From contig JBHGNT010001321.1 of NCBI GenBank assembly GCA_043228905.1, positions 1 through 9,834 of the forward strand: a stretch of DNA of 9,834 nucleotides. Direction: 5' to 3'. The notes under the pieces were generated by a model, which was not told the origin of the DNA, searched no databases, and saw nothing but the letters and a program-made list of their open reading frames with translations. Position 1 is the stretch's first letter, and every line of letters starts with the position of its first letter. Both the position numbers and the translations under genes were made by a program. The stretch is from Azolla caroliniana. Lineage: Eukaryota; Plantae; Polypodiophyta. This document shows positions 1 through 9,834 of the stretch, piece by piece.

Positions 1-362
1 AACTTAGTTTCATGATTTCTATGCTTATGTACGTAAATCGCTCTTGATATTTGCATCTAGTTGTCTCTAATCAATGGACTCACATATCTTGTCCAATATG
101 TAATTAACTATAGTTAGGGTAGATTCATTGTGTAGTAGTAAATGGATCATCATATGAATTGTATGTGATAAGAAGATGCAAAGATGTGTGTGCTTTGGGC
201 TCTTCTTTGTAGAATGTGATAACATAGAAGAGACAGAAAGCAAAACGAGGCATGATAACACATCACTTTCGTTGTAGAAAACAAAGGCATAAGAGAGCAT
301 TTTGATTGGTAATATCACAGGAGACACATACGTGCAAATAGTCACATAAACATGGATACGAA

Positions 363-365
<3 letters not shown>

Positions 366-399
<34 letters not shown>

Positions 400-419
400 T
401 GTACACACACACACACACA
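366..419. repeat. Compound microsatellite (GA)15 + (AC)8
   Basis: GA tract 366-395 and AC tract 403-419 read directly. Confidence 0.95.
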
Positions 420-850
420 AATCGGCAATGGTTCGGTTGAACCAAACCGAACCGTGAAACTGCGGCTTAACGGTTCAGTTCGGTTTCAGTTATGTTTAGA
501 CCGTTAGAAACCGCGGTTAAATCGGTTTAGTTTTTATTTATTTTTTAAAATTTAAAAAAAAATAAAAAATAAAAAAATTTGTTTTTAAACAATCTTTTCA
601 TTTTTAGACTTTATTGTCTCATTTTAGGAACATCTTTAAAATTTTTAAAAAAAATGGAATATTTAAAATTTAAATTCTGACCTAAGTTGAAAACCGAAAC
701 TGAACCACGGAACCGTGGTTTTAACGGTTCAAAACTTTTTAAACGGTTCGGTTTTAACAGTTACGTGGTTTTATTCGGTTTAGTTCAGGTTATTTTTTTT
801 TAAACGGTTCACTTTTGACCTTCTCAAACCGAACCGAACCGTAGCCGATT
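420..850. mobile_element. Non-autonomous DNA transposon (MITE-like, possibly hAT-derived)
   Basis: Left end AATCGGCAATGGTTCGGTT (420-438) matches the reverse complement of the right end, AATCGGCTACGGTTCGGTT (832-850), at 17/19. Arms are dense in AACCG/CGGTT motifs, including AAACGG at 741 and 802; the core is extremely AT-rich and non-coding. No TSD can be resolved because the flanks are (CA)n. Superfamily is inference. Confidence 0.8.
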
Positions 851-851
851 G

Positions 852-853
<2 letters not shown>

Positions 854-886
<33 letters not shown>
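854..886. repeat. (AC)16 microsatellite
   Basis: Read directly; abuts the right end of the MITE. Confidence 0.95.
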
Positions 887-888
<2 letters not shown>

Positions 889-1091
889 ATACCGTCCAAA
901 ATGCAAACAATGGCTGCCTTTTGCATTTTGCTTTTTAGCTGTTTGCTTCTTTTGTTTTTTTGCTTTTTGCTTTTTGCTTTTCTTTTGCTCTTTTTACTTA
1001 ATTTTCTTCTGCTTCAAAAGCTCTCTTATCACATCGTCATCGTCAGCGTCGTTCATCTCACGCAGATCAGAGAAAGAGACGCAGACATACT

Positions 1092-1150
1092 CAGACAGAC
1101 AGACAGACAGACAGACAGAGAAATCGTGTGTGTGTGTGTGAGAGAGAGAG
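1092..1150. repeat. Compound microsatellite (CAGA)7, (GT)7, (AG)5 immediately upstream of the ATG, probably in the 5' UTR
   Basis: CAGA 1092-1119, GT 1126-1140, AG 1141-1150. The TSS is not determinable. Confidence 0.9.
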
Positions 1151-1176
1151 CCAGATAGACAGAGACAGGGATCGCC

Positions 1177-4102
<2,926 letters not shown>

Positions 4103-4566
4103 ATTTCAGAATCCTTGAGATTCTAACACGTACACACACATGGAACTTGTAATTAAGATAGTCATGGGCTCTTCTCTATTTCGTTGAACTTAAAAGCAGT
4201 CATCATCTAGGAGACATTATGTATATTTTGTTTGTTTGAATTTACGTCCAAGATTATCTCCAGCTGCTGAAGAACTAAAAGTTGGGTTTTATAGATTTTT
4301 CTGGAATGCAATAGTTTTGATACACTACTTAAAGAAGCACTTGATAAATGCAGTTGAGAGTGAGCAATATGTTTTATGTCCCATTGTAATACATTCTATT
4401 TTAGTGTTAAGGGACATACTTACATTATTCCAAATGCGTTGGAAATTTGGACATTGTAATAATTGTCTGAATAACATTGTTTTAACTGAGGTTCCATATT
4501 TTACCATCTTAAGAATGCAAGTCTTCCTTCAGAGGTTTTGACGGTAGCAACAGTTTCTTCATTTGA

Positions 4567-5451
4567 ACCATTGATCCTTAACATGAAATAGGACATTGAT
4601 AGTTATGAGTATTCAAGTTGGAATTGCAGGCATTTGGTTCTCAGCATGAAAGAAGACATTAATAAGAAGATAGATGTTCACAATTCAGTGGCTCTTTTGG
4701 ATATGGACAAGCATACATTGGACTGCGATAATTGTCATTGATCTTTCTAATGCTTGTAAAAGTGAAATTTAGGTAAAGGTATTGGTAGTCATGAGTATCC
4801 ACTTGTAGATGCAACCATTGGATTCTTATAACATGAAAGCTGCCTTAATAATTAGATAGATGTTCACAATTCAGTCGTTCTTTTGGATATGGACAAACAA
4901 GACATGGGAGTAATGATAATTGCCATCAGCCTTTCCAGAGCTTGTAATTGCTGAATTTTTTCAAAGGTGTTGATAGTTATGATTATCCATCCACTTGTAG
5001 CTACAACCATTCGATCCTTAATGTGAAAGAAGATGCTAATGATAATATGTTCACAATTAAATTTTCTTTTGGATATGAATACACATGCATGGGAGCAATT
5101 TTCTGAAAGAAGATGCTAATGATAATATGTTCACAATTAAATTTTCTTTTCGATATGAATACACATGGATGGGAGCAATGAAAATTGCTGGTGATCTTTC
5201 CAAAATTTGTAAAAGCCAAATTTAGACTAAGGGTTGATAGTTATGAATATATGCTTGTAGGTACAACCACTTGATCCTTAACATGAAAGAAGACATTGAC
5301 AGTTATGAGTATACATTGTTGATGCAACCATTTTATTCTTAACATGAATGAAAGAAGACATTATTTTAACATGAAAGAAGACATTGACAGTTATGAGTAT
5401 ACATTGTAGATGCAACCATTTTATTCTTACCATGAATGAAACAAGACATTA
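4567..5451. repeat. Degenerate ~186-bp tandem array with nested recent 80- and 88-bp duplications
   Basis: Anchor TAGTYATGA recurs at 4600, 4786, 4974 and 5238; ATGTTCACAATT at 4674, 4860, 5047 and 5127. 5024-5099 vs 5104-5179 differ at 2 sites; 5278-5363 vs 5366-5451 differ at 3 sites. Confidence 0.9.
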
Positions 5452-5855
5452 AAAATTGAGAGAAGATGCGTGGTTCGGTCTCTTTGATGAGGCTGGAAGG
5501 GTTAAGGTGTTGAAGGGCGTGAGCGGATCGGGAAGAGATAGGATTTTTGGGGAGAGTCAGAGTAGGGGCTCTTGGCAGCCTATCCGCGTGGTGGCGCAAG
5601 TTGGTAACATCTGGAAGACAGGTCCGGATGTTGCTAAGGTTGGAAGTTATGGGTATATGGTTGTCGTCCCCTTGTCGAACTAGAATGGGACCCAAAGGAT
5701 TTCAGGTGGAACCATGATGGTAGATTTCGCCATTTCTTTGAGTACAACACTAAACTGGGTCAGGCTTTTCAACTGCAGCTAGACGGCCCCTTACGCAATG
5801 CCTAGCGTACATTGGGCATCCCTAATGAGGTGCTCATTACCTTTTGGAAGGGTCT

Positions 5856-6017
5856 CTAGCGTCTCCACTTGCCGGAAAAGATAAAGTTTTTTTGGTGGCA
5901 AATCGGTCATAATGTGGTTCCCGTTAGCGAATGGCTAGCGTCTCCACTTGCTGGAAAAGATAAAGTTTTTTGGGTGGCAAATTGTTCATAATGTGGTTCC
6001 TGTTGGCGAATGGCTAG
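5856..6017. repeat. 79-bp tandem duplication bounded by CTAG
   Basis: Copies 5856-5934 and 5935-6013; CTAG at 5856, 5935 and 6014; 6 mismatches. Confidence 0.95.
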
Positions 6018-6381
6018 GTAAACGTGGTGGCCCGTTAGGCTACCCACTTTGCCATTCACCTCTTGAGACTCTGAGGCATTGTCTGTGGGATTGCCCTCAC
6101 ACTCAAAAGGTATGGGATAGAGTGACTCGCCTCCTTGCGGCATGTGAAGTGGAAGGAACAACATTATGGAGTGTTGCGGCATGACTTGATCACTCTATTG
6201 ATAGGTGGACGAATGCCTTCCATGCGGATAGTTGGTGCTATGTATGCATGAGGGGAAAAATCGCCAAGATTCTATTTGAGAGAGGCTTGCAATCCGCATC
6301 CCCTAGGTTCCCAGACATTTGGATGCTGATCGCAAGCTTCACCCTGTGGTATGTATGGAAAGCGCGTTGCCTAAAGGTCTT

Positions 6382-6832
6382 CCAGGATCTGGTGCGGCCC
6401 CCGGAGGAAGTGATCATGGACATGGTTTGCGCTTATTAGCTGCCTACGAGGGCAATTGGACGAGGTTTGCAACCATTCCTCTGACGTGGGTACTACCCGC
6501 TTGCGCTTTTGGCAGAAATGGCGGAACACGCCTATGATGACACAAGGAGGAAGTGGCCCGAGGTGGAACTACTAGCCCCCACGCTGGCTGTTTCCGGCTC
6601 ACTTACCAGGATCTGGTGCGGCCCCCGGAGGAAGTGATCATGGACATGGTTTGCGCTTATTAGCTGCCTACGAGGGCAATTGGACGAGGTTTGCAGCCAT
6701 TCCTCTGACGTGGGTACTACCCGCTTGCGCTTTTGGCAGAAATGGCGGAACACGCCTATGATGACACAAGGAGGAAGTGGCCCGAGGTGGAACTACCAGC
6801 CCCCACGCTGGCTGTTTCCGGCTCACTTACCA
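6382..6832. repeat. 224-bp tandem duplication bounded by CCA
   Basis: Copies 6382-6605 and 6606-6829; CCA at 6382, 6606 and 6830; 2 mismatches. Confidence 0.95.
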
Positions 6833-7102
6833 CCCCCCCTTTGTTGTTGACCCCAAGAGTTGTCTCGTACTAGCCATTACTGCAGGGCACTGTTTTAGCT
6901 GTAGGTACTTACACTAAGTAGTCAGTCCGAAAGGCGATGTAACTAGTCTCAATTTCTTGAACTTGATCAGAGGGAGATTCCCTGATCTATGTTTAAGCCT
7001 CCTTGTACAGTCTCTTTGTAATAATCCTACCTAACTAATGGGAAAGTAGCTTCATTTTGGAAAAAAAAGAAAAGAAAAAAGACCAACATTCGTAATCCAA
7101 GT

Positions 7103-7163
7103 ACATGGGAGCAATGATAATCACCATCTATCTTTCTAGAGCTTTAAAAGCAAAATTTAGGTA
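7103..7163. repeat. Resumption of the ~186-bp array after the LINE tail
   Basis: ACATGGGAGCAATGATAATCACCATCTATCTTTCTAGAGCTTTAAAAGCAAAATTTAGGTA matches array segments at ~4902-4946 and ~4741-4774. Confidence 0.8.
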
Positions 7164-9304
7164 GTGTTCTTAGAAGAGAGATCTTGTATACAACAATATT
7201 TCTGAGATGAAATGTATGGTCTTTTACTCTATTCCAAACAACAATGTTGGTCAAGAAATCCACACACTTCACATTTTTGGGAGTTTGTGTGTATTTCTAG
7301 AACCACGTTTTATAAAATGTGCATAAAATGTTATCAAAATTTGTGTATATTTCTTGGTACTACATTTTTGTTTGGAATGAAGTAAAAGACCAAACCTTTC
7401 ATATGAAAGTATACAATATATATGTCTTCTTAGAACATATATATGAGATGAAGACATGAATAAAATTACATTTAAAAAGTTATGGGATAAAGTTTTTGGA
7501 AAAAAAGTAAAAAAAGTTATAGGATAAATAGTAATATGTGAGATGGAAACATATGAACCTACTTTTGGATTTTTTTATTAAAGAGTATCTTGGAATGTTT
7601 TTTGTGAAATGCAAAGCTTTCAAAGCGTGCTAAAGGTGCTTCCAACCGCCAATGAATGAGTGATGGGAAATTTTGTCGGAATGGAATGTGCCATCGAATT
7701 GCAAACATGTATTTGTCTTTAATCTTGCTCACATGGAATACGTCATTGAGATGTATGTATTCTCATATCTGTTGTACCATTTACTTCTTTCTAACACCAT
7801 CCTATGGCAACTGGTTGGCAAATCTTTTCTAAAAGTTCCAATCCAAGGTTCAAGAAAGGTGCACTCCTTCACCAAAAAGGTTGGTTGAGTTTTAAAACTC
7901 TCCAATTGGAAATGAAGGGAGCAACTAAAGTTCATTAAACTCAGGGGATTTATGGCAACAATGTCTCATAATTTCCAATTAACTCATGCATGACTAGATG
8001 AATGGGCCAAAAAATAGAGTAATAATTAAGTCGATGTTGTTAGTCCATGCATTTTAATTAGAAGGTATAAGCACTCTTGCTCCTAAGTGAGTCTCTTAGG
8101 GATCCTAATAACTATTGCACTAATCAAACTCTCTTCTTAGAGCCTAGGCATCACATTGATCATGCTATTTTTTATAATGCTACTGAATTCTCTAATTGAA
8201 TAACTAAAAAACGTGTAAGGCTAAGAATAACACGAAAATGCAAACAATATGCTATTTGGAAAGCACAATCTATTCTACACAGTTTTAGAACAACATAAAT
8301 AGATCCTCACAAGTTTCTATTAGGTATGCACTATGTTTATTAAATAACTCTTTAATTTTAGGTTTTGCAAATGCCTTTTTGAGCTAGACTTCTCAAAAGA
8401 AAGACAACAAAAGCGATAAGATTTCCTATTTTAATTGTGAGTGCTATTCCTTGGCCCTTGCGACAACTTTTCAAACTAGGTTGGTCAAAATAATGAACAT
8501 ATGGATGATTATCTCAATGAATTAGGGACGTAATATGCCTCCTCTATGTAGCCAAGGGTTGGAGAGAAAAGACAAGATTGGTGCAAAGTAAGTCTCATTG
8601 TGTAACATAGCAATTGAAGAAGTGAGTTCATCTAACATGCTTATTCTCATTACCATTAACCAAGCAAGAAATTTATATTTTAGTCATTTTCCATTTGCCA
8701 CCAGTAACCCGTTGTCCTTCATAGTGCACCTAGTTATGTATAATTTATCTTGCATTTAGAAGCTTGTCATGTGCAACGACATGTAACATGAGCATAGAAG
8801 AGTCCAATGGAAATTTGTTAGTGTCCAATATTAAGGTGTCTACAATATCCCCTTCTTGAAGTTTTTGGAGTACATAATGACATGATGGACACTGGAAATA
8901 AACATATGCCTAAAACTTCTCCTTCTTTGGAAATTGCAAAATACAAGATGATATGATAGACCAAAATATGCTTAAAACATGTTCTTGTTTTCCCATGATG
9001 ATGATGATGATACAAAAACCGCAAGAAGTCTGATATTCGAATGAAATTCTTTATTTGGGTTTGGTGTTGTCCCATGCTCGACCACAGAAATCCACCTAAT
9101 GGAATCAAATGATCTAGAGCTATCTTTGTAAAGCAAGATAAACTACATTAAATGGAGCTATACATACACAAACATAACATAGATGATGATGAATCAACTC
9201 CTCACACAAACTAAACCCAGCCCATCAACATAGACAATGCATAAGAAGAATCAAAATAGAACCACATAGACTTAACTAAAATGAACCAACATATGTGTAC
9301 ATGT

Positions 9305-9558
9305 ATACATGTATACACTCAAATGCAAATCACATAGATATGGGATAACATTTCATATTTTGAAGCATGTATTTTGAGTGCATACATGTATACACTCAAA
9401 TACAAATCACATAGATATGGGATAACATTTCATATTTTGAAGCATGTATTTTGAGTGCATACATGTATACACTCAATTATAAATCACATAGATATACATG
9501 TATACACTCACATACAAATCAGATAGATATTATGGCTAGCATTTCATATTTTGAAGCA
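9305..9558. repeat. 77-bp tandem repeat (two full units plus partial or variant units) with junction palindromes
   Basis: ATACATGTATACACTCA starts at 9305, 9382, 9459 and 9494; near-perfect palindromes at 9373-9400 and 9451-9476. Confidence 0.93.
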
Positions 9559-9832
9559 CCATGGATGATGATGAATCAGTAATGAGAGGAGGAGGCGGGG
9601 TGGCGATAAGCTTGCGCTGCCTCTTTGAGTTACTAGGAGAAGAGGCATCGGAAATGACGGATGATGAGGATGATGATGATATGGCCCGAGGATGAGGAGA
9701 ACAAGTGGTGGAATTACTCCTGCCCAAGTCATCATAATCACATGGGTGGCATTTTGCTTTTGCCATTGAGCTTTTCAAAGGGCATCTTTGAGGAGATGTT
9801 AATAAGCCATGGTGTCTCGGCCTCGCCGAAGT
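9536..9832 (-). CDS. Possible 3' end of a convergent gene (Ser/Pro-rich, low complexity), open to the window edge
   Basis: The frame TSARPRHHGLLTSPQRCPLKSSMAK...SPSNSKRQRKLIATPPPPLITDSSSSMVLQNMKC* has no stop from 9832 to TAG at 9538-9536, and GC is higher than in the flank. No domain recognised. Confidence 0.35.
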   Translation of the reverse strand, partial: TSARPRHHGLLTSPQRCPLKSSMAKAKCHPCDYDDLGRSNSTTCSPHPRAISSSSSSSVISDASSPSNSKRQRKLIATPPPPLITDSSSSMVLQNMKC

Positions 9833-9834
9833 GG

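Larger units (their letters stand above)
5456..6850 (+). pseudogene. Disrupted LINE ORF2 C-terminal fragment with zinc-knuckle region
   Basis: In-frame stops (e.g. TGA 6182-6184), frameshifts near 5680 and 6422, first knuckle Cys apparently replaced by Tyr (TAC 6041), and two frame-breaking duplications of 79 and 224 bp. Confidence 0.82.
5456..7080 (+). mobile_element. 5'-truncated, inactive L1-type non-LTR retrotransposon (ORF2 C-terminus, 3' UTR, A-rich tail)
   Basis: Abrupt GC rise at 5456. Broken frames give LEWDPKDFRW..EYNTKLG, KIKFFxWQIxHNVVPV, a zf-RVT-like knuckle (Y)PLCHSPLETLRHCLWDC..KVW (6041-6094), and LWYVWKARCLKVF. Probable ORF2 stop TGA at 6848-6850; A-tail 7061-7080. No endonuclease or RT core is visible. 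Confidence 0.87.

Noticed and set aside
67-445. Minus-strand ORFs 67..420 and 263..445
   Set aside because: Kept open by (TG)n and (CT)n microsatellites (CVCV, SLSL); no domain.
886-1158. 90-aa hydrophobic ORF resembling a signal peptide or uORF
   Set aside because: Translation of a T-rich tract and microsatellites; no support that its ATG is transcribed.
4236-5219. ORFs 4236..4541, 4325..4507 and 5001..5219
   Set aside because: AT-rich 3' UTR or flank and repeat sequence, with no recognisable motifs.
5366-6753. Antisense or alternative-frame ORFs over the LINE
   Set aside because: Shadows of the GC-richer ORF2 remnant.
6382-6829. 224-bp direct repeats as LTRs
   Set aside because: Copies are adjacent, lie within coding-derived sequence, and lack TG...CA ends, PBS and PPT.
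6915-6950. AGTCCGAAAGGCGA resembling hammerhead ribozyme stem II
   Set aside because: The CUGANGA core and the downstream GAAA are absent on both strands.
8818-9108. 96-aa ORF with poly-His
   Set aside because: The His run comes from a short (GAT)n microsatellite near 8997-9011; TTG start; no domain.
9305-9558. Palindromic repeats as a CRISPR array
   Set aside because: Intervening sequences are near-identical rather than unique; eukaryotic context.

Overview
AT-rich land-plant genomic DNA; no prokaryotic signal. The core is one intact four-exon gene on the + strand, join(1177..1246,1616..1743,3782..3886,3959..4102), encoding a 148-aa ubiquitin-conjugating enzyme E2 of the UBC4/5 (UBE2D; Arabidopsis UBC8/9/10/11/28) class. 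Upstream, a ~430-bp MITE-like element with 19-bp terminal inverted repeats sits inside a (CA)n microsatellite. Intron 1 is largely an old ~140-bp tandem duplication. Intron 2 carries an ~18-copy 34-bp minisatellite and several decayed copies of the exon 2/donor junction, including a CAG|GTAAGC site with ratchet-point architecture. Downstream, a ~186-bp tandem array is interrupted by a 5'-truncated, dead L1-type LINE (zinc-knuckle C-terminus, 3' UTR, A-tail) that carries two microhomology-bounded internal duplications. The window ends with an unidentified AT-rich block, a 77-bp palindrome-containing repeat, and a minus-strand Ser/Pro-rich frame that is open to the window edge. No new system can be demonstrated from sequence alone. 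The best leads are the intronic donor copies or ratchet point, the microsatellite-embedded MITE, and the pervasive tandem duplication.
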